Shown here one piece after another: positions 1-12,589 of a stretch of DNA of 64,000 bases; positions within the stretch are counted from its first letter, which is position 1, and the number at the start of each line of letters is the position of its first letter. The stretch is from positions 48,918,001 through 48,982,000 of the forward strand of contig OX597819.1 of the NCBI GenBank assembly GCA_951406725.2, given 5' to 3'. The position numbers were made by a program, and so were the translations under genes. The notes beneath the pieces were generated by a model. The model ran no database searches. It worked only from the letters and a program-made list of their open reading frames with translations, and was not told where the DNA came from. This stretch comes from Octopus vulgaris (lineage: Eukaryota).

Positions 1-44
1 CTACCTACCTACCTACCTACCTACCTACCTATCTATTCATCTAT

Positions 45-134
<90 letters not shown>
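1..134. repeat. (CTAC)n/(CTAT)n microsatellite
   Basis: Directly visible. Confidence 0.98.
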
Positions 135-136
<2 letters not shown>

Positions 137-195
137 ATGTGTGTGTGTATCTGTGGATGCAAGTCCCATAAGTTATCATTTTGTCTAAGGGTTCA

Positions 196-249
<54 letters not shown>

Positions 250-505
250 TTTATGTATGTATATGCATGTGTGGATATATATTTATGTTTCTGTTTTTTT
301 CATTTATTCCCTTACTGGTTCCAGTCATTTGACTGTAGCATATTTGACCACATCCTTCAAAAGCATCCTATTGACCTTGAAAGAATAGAAGGTGAAGTTT
401 CTAAGTAGCTTTTGAACTGGGAACTTAATAAAGCCATTTTGTTTCATATGGAAGTGATTTCACAATCCACTACCATATGCATGTGTATGTATATGTATCT
501 ATATA

Positions 506-870
506 TATGAGGGGGTACCAAAAAGTAACTGGAAATGTTCTCCCTGGGACAAGCCCACTGTAATTCGGGCTTCTGCTGCTAGAAGCACACTTGATGCAAC
601 CCTCAGGCATCAGTCTGCTGACTGGCATTGTCCAGTCAGGTCATACTGCCTTGTGGTGCATTCTTGTTTTGTAGTGCTTCTAGTGTGTTCATTGTTTTTG
701 TGATGGCTGAAATGAAAAAACAAGTGTGCTTCTGTGAAATTCTGATTTCTGCTGGGGAAAACGGTAGCTGAAAGAGTTGCCATGCTTCAAACAGCTTACA
801 AGGATTCTTCCATGAGTAAAACGCAGCTTTATGAGTGGTTTTCATGCTTTAGGAATGGTTTTCATGCTCT
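506..870 (+). mobile_element. Mariner transposon 5' fragment (TIR plus decayed transposase N-terminus)
   Basis: TA-TGAGGGG..AAAAGT terminus; decayed reading VKF*FLLGKTVAERVAMLQTAYKDSSMSKTQLYEWFSCFRNG, typical of the mariner HTH region. Confidence 0.8.
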
Positions 871-961
871 AAAGGAAGTAGATATATTTAGTGGAAGTGA
901 AATGTAAGAAGACAGTCAAAGGTCAAATTTTATAGAATGGTAGAAATCACTAACAAGAACT

Positions 962-1010
<49 letters not shown>

Positions 1011-1592
1011 ATTTCCATAATCATCATCACCACTACCACCATCATTTAATGTTCATTTTCCATGCTGACAAGGACTGGTTGGCTTGACAGGTACTGGCAA
1101 GACCAGGGGCTGCACTAGATTCCATTGTCTGTTCTGACTTTGTTTGATGCCCTTTGTAATGCAATCTACTTTACAGAGTGTCCTGGGTGCTTTATCTGTG
1201 GCACCAGCACCAGTGCTTTTTATGTGGCATGCTCACACACACACACACACACACACACATCTGTTCATAAGCCTTTTATATATTTGAGTGATTTCTACAT
1301 GTTTTGAGGGGAGGGTTATTCATTTGTATTTATGGTGGTTATTTATTTAATGCACCAAGCCAGTAATATGCATGGTTTTATACATGGGCATTGATATTAT
1401 CTCATCTTTTTTTGTTGTTGTTTTTTTAGACATGATTCATGCTGTGTACATTTGTGAAGGTGCAGCTTCAGATTTGACTCCAAGTGCACATACACACTAC
1501 ATATATGCATTTCCACATGCACATACATATGCTGTGCTGTCTCATACAATGCAGCATATGCAGGTTTGCGTATGCACATATACTTTTGGTTG

Positions 1593-1627
<35 letters not shown>

Positions 1628-1972
1628 ACTTTTATACAACTCATCCATTCTGGAAATATAAATATTTCTTTGTAAAGACAACAGTGAATAATGGTGATGA
1701 TAGATTTCCTAAAATGTTATGAATCAATAAAAATAAAAAGGAAAAAAACTAGACATTCTGATACAATAATGTAAAGTGCTTTCTGAAATATAATATTGTC
1801 CTAGAACTTTTCAATATATTGTCTGTCTTTAGGAAATAAAATGGCCATCAGTCTTTTTCTTTGTAATTTTATGTATTTGTAAAATATTATATAGTAGTTT
1901 TATAAAATCCTAGAAAAATAGAGCAGTACATTATATAAATAAAAATGATTTCAGTTATTTTTATTTATGATC

Positions 1973-2077
<105 letters not shown>

Positions 2078-2255
2078 GATTCTGTACATGTTGATTTTCA
2101 TGAGTTTTTTTTTATGTGAAGCATATATGACATGAATTTATGTATATTGATGGTTTCTTAACTGCAGTTCTTTTAGTGATTCTGTTATGGAAACCTAAAA
2201 TGTTGTTAACATTTTTATGTTGGAATATATATATATACTTATATGCACACACTTG

Positions 2256-2302
<47 letters not shown>

Positions 2303-2365
2303 ACACACACATATTTATATTAAGAGCTTCAAGTTTATATATATGTAAGTATATATATATATATA

Positions 2366-2468
2366 GTGGTTAGGGCAGCAGACTCGCGGTCGCAGGATCG
2401 TGGTTTCGATTCCCAGACCAGGCGTTGTGAGTGTTTATTGAGCGAAAACACCTAAAAGCTCCACGAGG

Positions 2469-2518
<50 letters not shown>

Positions 2519-2683
2519 TGTGATCACTGTGACCGACCAGACCATCAGATGTTGTTACACATCTCTGGTCACAATGCGTTCGCATTGTTTTAGCCTTCGA
2601 ATGATGCCACCCCGCTGGGAATCGAAACCGCGATCCTGCGATGCGAGTCCGCTGCTCTAACCACTAGGCCATTGTGCCTCCAC
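2366..2683. mobile_element. Two inverted CpG-rich tRNA-like SINE heads (family C)
   Basis: 2366-2416 is the near-identical reverse complement of 2615-2664; B box GTTTCGATTCC. Another head lies at ~16160-16224 (minus). Confidence 0.75.
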
Positions 2684-2754
2684 ATATATATATTTATATA
2701 TATATATATGTAAGTATATATATATATATACTTACATATATATATAAACAAAGA

Positions 2755-2900
2755 TGTGCCATGTGGCAGTATAACATGGCTGGAAAATGCCAGTTGGTAG
2801 ACTGATGCCTGAGGGTTACATCAAGTGGATTCTAGTAACTGATGCCTGAATTACTATGGGCTTGTGCCACAGAGAACATTTCCAGTTACTTTTGAGTACA
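2755..2900 (-). mobile_element. Second, inverted copy of the mariner 5' end
   Basis: Reverse complement aligns with ~515-660. Confidence 0.7.
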
Positions 2901-2934
2901 TATATATATATACATACATGTATACTTTTACATG

Positions 2935-3255
2935 TTACTTTTTACTTGTTTCAGTCATTTGACTGTGGCCATACTGGAGCACCACCTTTAGTCAAACAAA
3001 TCAACCCCAGAACTTATTCTTTGTAAGTCTAGTACTTATTCTATCGGTCTCTTTTTGCCGAAAAGTTACAGGGACATAAACACACCAGCATCAGTTGTCA
3101 AGCGATGTTGGGTGTGGGGGACAAACACAGACACAAACATATACGTACACATACATATACATAGATACATATATACGAGCTTCTTTCAGTTTCTGTCTAC
3201 CAAACCCGGAACCATGTGGTTGGTAAGCAAGCTACTTACCACAGCCACTCTTGCA

Positions 3256-3258
<3 letters not shown>
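2935..3258 (-). mobile_element. Family A SINE, internally deleted
   Basis: Colinear with 7993-8403. Confidence 0.85.
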
Positions 3259-3293
<35 letters not shown>

Positions 3294-4059
3294 CACATAC
3301 ACACACACACACACTGAGTAATAAAAAATAAAAAATCGTGGTCCAAACACATGACTGTCTACTTAGGCATCATGTTTACTACTCAATGTTAACTCTTATT
3401 TTGGTTTCCTTTCTCTTTTTTTTTTTTTTATTAGTCACTCTAAAGATACAGAAGAGGAGCTGGGGTTCAGAGGCCTTGCAAGCCCACCCAGCTGAGGATG
3501 TTTCTGTAGTTTGAGATTCAATTTGAACTCCTACCAATTAATGATTGGAAGTGAGGGATAAGAAGTTAAAAGGGGCTGCAATTCTGGAATGAGATGATTG
3601 GGTTGTGCAGTCTGGATACTGATAATTTAGCATGGCTGACTGGACATTCAGCTTGTTTTGTCAATAGTAGATTTTGGTGCTGCAGGCACACACAAGAATA
3701 TGCAGACATATTTACATACAGATAGAGTGAGAGAGAGAGAGAGAGACATTACACATATGTATGAACATAATTAGATACTTACACACATAATGAGTGAGAA
3801 AGAAAGAAAGTAAGAGGGAGAGAGAGAGAGGGAATGAACAAGAGAAAAAATCTTATTTTCAGTAGAAAAACGACCACTGCTGTGTGACAAAGTCTGTGTT
3901 TGTTCTGTTTCTGTGGAGACTGTATTAGTGGTCACCGAGAGCAGAAGCTCAGAGTAATCATTCTGAGTTTCCCCTCTCACTGATCTCTCCCAATCCTGAA
4001 AAGGTTTTAACTTTTCTGTTTCTTTCTGCTGTGAATTTCTGTTGTTCTTTCTTTCATTC

Positions 4060-4462
4060 TTTCACTTGTTTCGGTCATTTGACTGTGGCCATGCTGGAGC
4101 ACCACCTTTAGTCGAGCAAATCGACCCCAGGACTTATTCTTTGTAAACCTAGTACTTATTGTATCGGTCTCTCTTGCCGAACCACTAAGCCACGGGAATG
4201 AAAACACACCAGCATCGATTGTCAAGTGATGGTGTGGGAGACAAACACAGACTCACACAGGCTCACACACACATGCATACACACACACACACACACACAC
4301 ATATATGATGGGCTTCTTTCAGTTTCCATCTACCAGATCCACGCACAAGGCTTTGGTTAGCCCAAGGCTATAGTAGAAGATACTTGTCCAAGGTGCCATG
4401 TAGTGGGACTGAACTTGGAACCATGTGGCTGGTAAGCAAGCTACTTACCACACAGCCACTTC
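4060..4462 (-). mobile_element. Family A SINE
   Basis: Colinear with 7993-8403. Confidence 0.9.
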
Positions 4463-5289
4463 TCTTGAGGATTTAGAAATTTTAGCAATTTAGAAGTAGA
4501 GAATATTGGTTGAAAAATTATTGTAGAAGTAGTGCATAACACTATTTCTAATATAGGCACAAGGCCATAAATTTGGGAACGAAGGCCAAATTTATTAAAC
4601 CAACCCCAGTCCTTGACTGATACTGTATTGTATTAATTCTTGATGGATGAGAGACAAAGCTGACCCCAATGGGACTTGAAATTTAGAAAATAAAAAGAGA
4701 CTGAAGAAATACCACTAGACATTTTGCCTGATACTGTAAAGATTCTACTAACCCACTGTATCAAGTTAATGCTAACATCAAGATTTGTTTTTCTATAAAA
4801 AGTTAAAGGTAACTGCAATAAATTTTGTTCAATACAGAAATGTTCTGGGTTTCCAATTTCAAATTATGTTCAAATTATTTATTTCTAACTAGAATTGGAT
4901 TTAGTATATTAATAATTCAAAATGATTTTATTGTTTAAATTTTCAAATATATTTCCAGCAATATTAAGTTTTCATATTTTCATGGTATTATTTTCTTAAT
5001 CTTATAATTCATTTCTTTCCTTTCTTTTAGTACAACGTACATATATTTTTGCGCATTGTTGATATATATATATTATTTTGTATTTAGAATGTTGACAGGT
5101 AATTCTTAATACTCAAATACTGGGTTGTGTCATGGATATTTCAGTAATATGTAGTTTGAGTAATATTTATAGATTATTGTTGTAAATATATGTGCAGGCA
5201 TTGCTGTGTGGTAAGGAATTTGCTTTCTGATCACATGGTTCTGGGTTCAGTTCCAAGGGGTTGTCGAATTTACTCACAATAATGTACCC

Positions 5290-5636
5290 CCTTTAGTCGA
5301 GCAAATCACCCCCAGGACTTATTCTTTGTAAGCCTAGTACTTATTCTATCAGTCTCTTTTGCCAAACCGCTAAGTTACGGGGATGTAAACACACCAGCAT
5401 TGGTTGTCAAGCGATGTTGGGGGGACAAACACAGACATACAAACACACACACGCATATATATACATATATACGTATATACGATGAGCTTCTTTCAGTTTC
5501 TGTCTACAAAATCCACTCACAAGGCTTTGGTTGGCTCGAGGCTATAGTAGAAGACACTTGCCCAAAGTACAATGCAGTGGAACTGAACCTGGAACCATGT
5601 GGTTGGTAAGCAAGCTACTTACCACACAGCTGCTCC
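5290..5636 (-). mobile_element. Family A SINE (3'-truncated); inverted head at ~5195-5252
   Basis: Colinear with 7993-8403. Confidence 0.85.
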
Positions 5637-7028
5637 CAAAAATTTTCTGAAAGTTCCAAAAAATATAAAAGTTATGAGGGGGTTATATGGTGTGCATAAA
5701 GCAGAATTCTGTCAACATTTGCTTCCAGTTGACAACACATGCAGTCATGCACAAAATGGCAGCTTCCAAGTCTTGTTTTCTGACTGGATAAAAATGATCA
5801 AAATTTAAACCTCTGTAACTTTAATAAAGAACTTGTGGGAGTGGGGAGTGAATCAGCCCCTGAGAGTCACCATGGAAAATTGCATCAATACACCAAATTT
5901 TAAAATTTCCACTGATGCATCCAAACAGAAAAAGATCCATGTAACTCAGCATTGAAAAAACTGACATAAAAGCAATATTGTACTCTCGTTTACTTTTTTG
6001 TTACTTTTGTTCCTGAAACCTTTTGGATATCGTTATCACACTGATGCAGATCTTACCTTTGAAATACCCTACATTGAATTAATGTTCTAATATCGAGCTT
6101 CCTTTCTGAATACATTTTTATGCAAACATCTCAAATGCTTTCTTCTATTTAATCATCTATATTGATCTAAGAAGCCCTAATCTTCAGTATTCAATGAAAT
6201 ATATTGCAATTATTTTAGCTCTTCGCAGAAATGGAAACATTAATGTCAGCATTAATTTTATACTCTAGTCCACTGGGTTGGCAGAACCACTATGGTTTCA
6301 GACAAAATGCCTTGTCTAAGAAGGACTAATCCTCATGATGATTAATCCTCACAATGATTAATCCTTATCCTTGTCATGTTCTAAGTAAGATATCGATTCT
6401 TAATCATGATTGGAAACTGGTTGAAGTTATTTAGTTGTGGATGGAGTAAGTAGGTTGTTGGAAGAAACTATTATCTGGTATTGCACAAGGATAGGGATTA
6501 CCATTCTTGAACATTCGAGATGTACAACAGATATGATTAAGCAAAACTACAGATTTTAGTTTTGCACAAAACTAAAATAACCCGTATGGGAAGCCAAGGT
6601 CATTCTTCTTCTCTCGGGGTTAGCACTGACCAAAATATAGCATTGGTGGCAAGGCAACAGAATTGTTATTGTGCTGGATAATTGCTTAGCGGCAATTCCC
6701 TCTTTAAGCTCTAAGTTCAAATTTCATCAAGGCCGGCTTTGCCTTTCGTCCTTTTGGGGTTGAGAAAATAAGTATCAGTCAAGTACTGGAATCAATGTAA
6801 TCAACTAGCTTCCACTCCCACCTCCTTCAAAATTTCAGGTTTTGTGTCTAGAGCAGAAAAAAAAAAAGCACGGATAAGCTTAAAACAGTTCTGGGGTCCA
6901 TATAATATTTTGTTGTTAAAATTTATGTGCAATTGTTTATACTTCTACAATACAGAAAATATTTTAACTATTTTTGATACAATTCCTAATAATATTTAAT
7001 TGCAAAAATGCAGTAGGATGTTTTTATA

Positions 7029-7758
7029 TACAGAGTGGGACAAAGAGGATGGACATTTTTGAAAAATTCACAAAACCATTAATTTTAGTTGCAAACAAAT
7101 TTTATTGACATCAACATGTTCATATTGAATTAGCATTTGTCAAAATCAGGTGTGGAAAAAAACACCCATAATGTGGAATCTGTTTTCATTGATGCATTTC
7201 TGAAGGCATTCTTGGAAGTTGGCCTCCACTCTCTCCAGCATTGTTCTGTGCCTAGCCCCATGTATTCAACTGTTGCCCAGTGACCAATTTGCATGGGTAG
7301 AAATGCAAGTCTTCATGCAAAATATGCTTTACCGATCAATTACTGATGCCAAGTTCAGTGGAATGCCTCCAAGCAGAGCAATTCAGACTCTGTACCAAAG
7401 CTTGTCTAACGCTTTCCACATTTTCTGGGGTCTGTACTGTTCCAGGTGCCCTCACTGGTCTCCTATTCATTAGTGTACCTTATGTATGAAGTGTATTCAC
7501 CTAACGTAAGATTGTGTTATGGGTGGGAACAGCCTGATTTTAGTGAATGTTGAAGTGGTGCCGAAACACATGCTGAACTGCTATGACAGACTTGTTATTT
7601 TTCATGTAACTGTAGTCCACAATGCCATGGCTTCACCTGAAAAGAAAAAATGCTAAGACACCATGGATTGAATAGTACCTGTCGGACATATGCCTCTTCC
7701 ACTGGGGCTGAGTAATAGCTATTTCAAAAGCATCCATTCTCTTTACCCTACCCTGTAC
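7029..7758 (-). mobile_element. Internally deleted Tc1/mariner element
   Basis: Imperfect TIRs (TACAGAGTGGGACAAAGAGGATGG / TACAGGGTAGGGTAAAGAGAATGG). Decayed minus-strand reading KSVIAVQHVFRHHF...TVQTPENVESVRQAL...ILHEDLHFYPCKL. Confidence 0.8.
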
Positions 7759-7839
7759 ATTATATGGCTCTAGCAGCCTTGTACAGTAAAACAGAAATCA
7801 AAGGGATCCATAGGAAAAAAATGGTTGAAAGCCACTGCT

Positions 7840-8478
7840 TTAATCCCTTAGCATTCAAACCAGCCATATGTGACCCAAATATTCTACCTGTTTTATGTTC
7901 TAACTGATCATATCTACCCTCTTACACCTACCCTTTAATGTCATTCTAAAAAGAAACAATCACATCATTGAATCCTAAAGGTACAAGATAATACTCTTTA
8001 CTCTCTTACTCTTTTACTTGTTTCAGTCATTTGACTGTGGCCATGCTGGAGCACCACCTTTAGTCGAGCAAATCGACCCCAGGACTTATTCTTTGTAAGC
8101 CTAGTACTTATTCTAGCGGTTTCTTTTGCCGAACCGCTAAGTTATGGGGACGTAAACACACCAGCATCGGTTGTCAAGCAATGTTGGGGGGACAATCACA
8201 AACATACACACACACACACATATATATATACATATATACGACGGGCTTCTTTCAGTTTCCATCTGCCAAATCCACTCACAAGGCTTTGGTCATCCTGAGG
8301 CTATAGTAGAAGACACTTGCCCAAGGTGCCATGCAGTGGGACTGAACCCGAAACCATGTGGTTGGTAAGCAAGCTACTTACCACACAGCCACTCCTACGC
8401 CTATACATGGTTAATTCCAAACAATGTGAATAAATAAGCATTGCATTTGACAGACTAATCTGAATACTTAAGAATTAA
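7840..8478. mobile_element. piggyBac-type MITE interrupted by a tRNA SINE
   Basis: 7840-7992 and 8404-8478 rejoin into the same MITE as 52131-52354. Confidence 0.75.
7993..8403 (-). mobile_element. Full-length ~400-bp tRNA-derived SINE (CORE-like family A)
   Basis: A box TGGCTGTGTGG, B box GGTTCAGTCCC, CORE-like CACCTTGGGCAAGTGTCTT, internal (TA/TG)n, (AAGAGT)n-like tail. Roughly 20 full or partial copies in the window. Confidence 0.9.
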
Positions 8479-9873
8479 AGTGTATTTGAAATTTGAGCTT
8501 GGTGTTTATGTGGCAGGTCCCACCCATGCTAGCATGGAAGGCAAGTGTTAAACGATGATGATGATGATTGTTGCTGTTGAAAAAGCTGATTTGAAAATTT
8601 CAGAACATATATCAGGATTTTACTGTTATATATTCTGTTTTACAGATATATCAGTGTTTGATCTCTTACATAGTTTGCATTGGTGCTATGGGGAAGGTAA
8701 TACTAATGTTTATTCAACAACCGGTGCGCCACATCAGTTTGCATCTCACTTCCCCACTCTCCCTCAGAGAGTACCAGTCTCAATGCAACATCCAGTAACA
8801 ATTTTATATTTCAACAAATGTGTTTCTATATAGATTTTCTGTGTAATCTGTGGAACTGCCATCTCTTCAATTAAGTTTTATCTATTCTATTTGAAGATAT
8901 AGCAAAGTCCAATCTATATCTTCTGAGACCGCTGTTGGTTCTGTGATACAAACTTCCTGTTTAAAGTGATCTTAATTAAAACCTACTTTCAAAATTTCAT
9001 CTTGATTTATGTCCAAACACCAGCTTATAAATGACAGTCGTTTTAATAGATTTTTCTTTATTTTCAATTACTCAAAGACTGTGTACTGTAACATAAATAT
9101 AATGAAAGGGTTAATCAGCTCATAGCTAAAACTGCTAATAAATCCTTTTAATGCTAAAAAAATACAGCACCAAATTTAATTTACTGAAAATCTCTATTGA
9201 CCTTAAATTTCACAGTTAGTCTATTATTGCTTGGCAATAGTTAAGTTCTATCATAAGGGATTCTAAATCCTTATCCTCCATATATTTTATGTTATATTTT
9301 ATATTCTTTGTTTTGTCACATTGATTTCCATTATTTTTATGTTTTTATTGATGATTCAGGTTTTCTTCCTCATTTCTTCAGCGATTCTGGAATGTATGTG
9401 TTTAAAAGCATTTGTTACAATAATTTTCCACCTATATATTTATGTTCCTTATTGAAAAAATGTTCTTTCTTTTTATTATTTTATTTCAATAATATATCTT
9501 TTTATGGTAAAATTTGTTTTATATTCTTTTGCTGGAATTTCACATACAAAATCTGTGCTCAATACTGTACAAATGTGTAAGCAAACATGAAATTCTGTGT
9601 GTGTGTGTGTGTGTGAGGGTGTGTGTGCATGCATGCACATTTACATTATGGAAATGTAGAAGCTTCAAGAACATCTAAAATAAATAATTTTAATGGTGAA
9701 TCTCAAAGTGGATATAGTTATAAATAACAGCATGTAATATTTGGGGGGTTAAAAAACTTTGAATGGTAAAAAGATTGAAGGCTCAAACCTGCATCTTCTC
9801 TACCCATGGTAGATGTGCCAAGTTGTAGCCATCTCAACACTTACCATTAAAATCACGTGTGTGTGTGCATGTG

Positions 9874-9904
<31 letters not shown>

Positions 9905-10339
9905 ACACAACACAATGGCCTAGATGCTGCACTGTATGGCATCTAGAGCAACTGTCTTCTACTACAGTCCCAGGCCAACCTAAGTCTTGTGAGTGGATTT
10001 TGTAGATGGAATCTGAAAGAAGTCTCTTGTGTATGTGTGTGTGTTTGTGTGTGTATCTTTGTTTTGACATCACTTGATGACAGTAAAGGAGCATCACCAT
10101 CATATAAATGAGGTTATTCACTTCTAGTCTTCCTTAAAAATCATGTCAAAACATGCCAAAGACACGAGAAAATACTGACTTGTTTGACAACAGTTAAGAG
10201 TTGATGATAAGAAGGGCTTCTGCCCATAGAAAACCTACCTCAATAAATTCCATATGACTCATGTGAGTATGGAAAAATAGGCATTAAAATGATTATCTTG
10301 CATGTACGCGCGTGCACGCACACACATTCATTTATTTAA

Positions 10340-11400
10340 TGTGTGTTTTTCCTTGTTAGCAATTGTTAGACTGGGAAATAGTTAGCAAGTTAGAAGAGTT
10401 TATTAGTGAAGGTGTCATGACTGACATGCTTGTGGCAAGAATGGCCCATGACTATTTATTCAACATGAAATATGAAGGCTGCATTGTCAGAGCTGGGGCT
10501 TCTGTTCTAAACCAAAATGGAAAGAAAGCAGTTCATGGACTCAGCTGGCAAAAGTGCAATGCAGTAACAAAGCCACAATTTGGTCTTTGAGGGCCAGGGT
10601 AGGCATGTGTTACTCAATTTCAAACAGATATGTGTGGCTTTCCATTTGCACTTTGCTTCACTGTTGAGGTTGAGTGAATAGTTTCTTGTTTCTTTATTGC
10701 CCACAAGGGGCTAAACATAGAGGGGACAAACAAGGACAGACGAAGGGATTAAGTTGATTACATCGACCTTAGTGTGTAACTGGTACTTAATTTATCAATC
10801 CTGAAAGGATGAAAGGCAAAGTCGACCTCAGCGGAATTTGAACTCAGAACATAGCGGCAGACGAAATACCGGTAAGCATTTCGCCCAGTGTGCTAACAGT
10901 TCTGCCAGCTTGTTGCCTTTGCTAACGTTTCTGCCAGCTTGCCACCTTAAGTTGAGTGATTAGTTGGAAACAGTAATAGCACCTTGACAGTCTGCTATAG
11001 ATCTCATTGGAAAGCACAAAGTACTGCAAAAGGATAAAAACAGCAACTGTGATAGAGTAAGTAAGTAGTTGGTTAATTACACGAGGGGCTAATTGCTCAG
11101 TTTTGGTGGTTATATGCCAGACTTTTTTGGTCACTTCTTAGCAAAGATCTGTTTACAAATGGCAGCAGAATGTGAAAATTTTGAGTTCCTTAAGTCAGGG
11201 AATGGTAGCACAGCTGCTGAAAAAGAACTGTCTAAGCCTTGCTATGATTGAATGCAGTTCTTGTCAACAGCCCGTACACCTTTTCTCTCTCTTTTTCATG
11301 TAAAGGAATTTTAAAACTTGAGACTGGTTTGTTGGCAGGAAATATCAACAAATGCCATTGTTGCAGCTCAGCTATAAATGATGATGTCAATGTCTAGCAT
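10340..11400 (+). mobile_element. Second decayed copy of the L1/Tx1-like LINE
   Basis: 10540-11230 is colinear with 14030-14790; interrupted by a SINE at 10678-10950. Confidence 0.65.
10678..10950 (-). mobile_element. tRNA SINE with Meta-domain-like core (family B), 9-bp TSD
   Basis: Core GCCTTTCATCCTTTCAGGATTGATAAATTAAGTACCAG; TSD GTTGAGTGA at 10669-10677 and 10951-10959. Confidence 0.85.
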
Positions 11401-12589
11401 AGCTCAAGTCAGATTGTAGACATTTGCACGGGCACATACACATATTTATACACACATGTGCACACATATATGTATGCATATATTCTTTCAGTTTTTATCA
11501 CCACATTTTCTCATAAGACATTGGTTAGTCCAGGGTTATAGTAGGACATACTTGCCTAAGGTATCATGGGATTGAACCTCTTGAAGCCACGGGTGTTTGT
11601 CTGAGAAACTATCAGCTTAGCCACACAAGCATGGCCCTCTCTGTGTGTGTCTCTCTGTGGATATGTGTATGTGTGTGTGAATGTATATGTGTACATGTGT
11701 GTGTGTATGTATATATATGTCATCATCATCATCATTTAATCTGTCTTCCATGCTAGCATGGGTGGGACAGTGTGTGTGTGTAGTGTGTGTGTATGTATTT
11801 ATTGTGTTAAATGCTAAAGTCATAGCTGGTATAAACTTAACTAAAATAATAGAAAATATATTCTGGTTGTATTATCTATTATGTTGTAAAACTTTATAGC
11901 ACCATAAAGCTTTACAACATAAATAGATAATATGGCTAGAATATTACTAGTTGGGTAAAATATGCACTAGCTGTTTCACTTGATTGCTTTTCACACGTTA
12001 CAATAAAATAAAATAATAAAAAGGAGAGAGAGAGAGAAATATGGGTTTGCATTAAAAGGAAAAGCATCGTATTTATCATATGAAAAATATTTGTCTGAAT
12101 GTTAAAAGTAATTTTTCAGAATGTTAAAATCGCTTTTCTTTTATTGTTTAGAACATTTGAATGCTTTGTGTTCCAGCATTATTATCATTGGAAAACACAC
12201 AATCAAAACAACAACAACAGAAACAATGACAATAGTAACAACATACAGAACTGAAAACACAAAACAGAAAGCATCATCAACTTCACTGCTATAAGCAGAA
12301 ACAACTGGACTACATAACAAAACAATTTAAAGGCAAAAAATATCAAAAGAGAGGGAAGAATATGAGAAAATCATCTCCAAAACACTTTATGGTAGATTAT
12401 TAATAAAAACGTTGGTAAATGTATACAATACACTCTTAAACAATTTCTCAGGAGGTGATGGGAATTTTCAGAAAAAGTGTTAAAAACGATGTCTATTAGA
12501 AAGGTCTTTTAAGGGATACCGTTCTGAACAAAAAACCAAGAAGTAGACTATCTGCTCTTCCCAAAGACCAAGGTGTGTGTGTACTGTCC

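Noticed and set aside
2366-2420. tRNA gene
   Set aside because: Only the D/anticodon/T-arm-like part is present, followed by SINE body; multiple copies.
6057-6105. Minus-strand 49-nt exon candidate (RKLDIRTLIQCRVFQ)
   Set aside because: Weak acceptor tract, no homology, cannot be linked to other exons.
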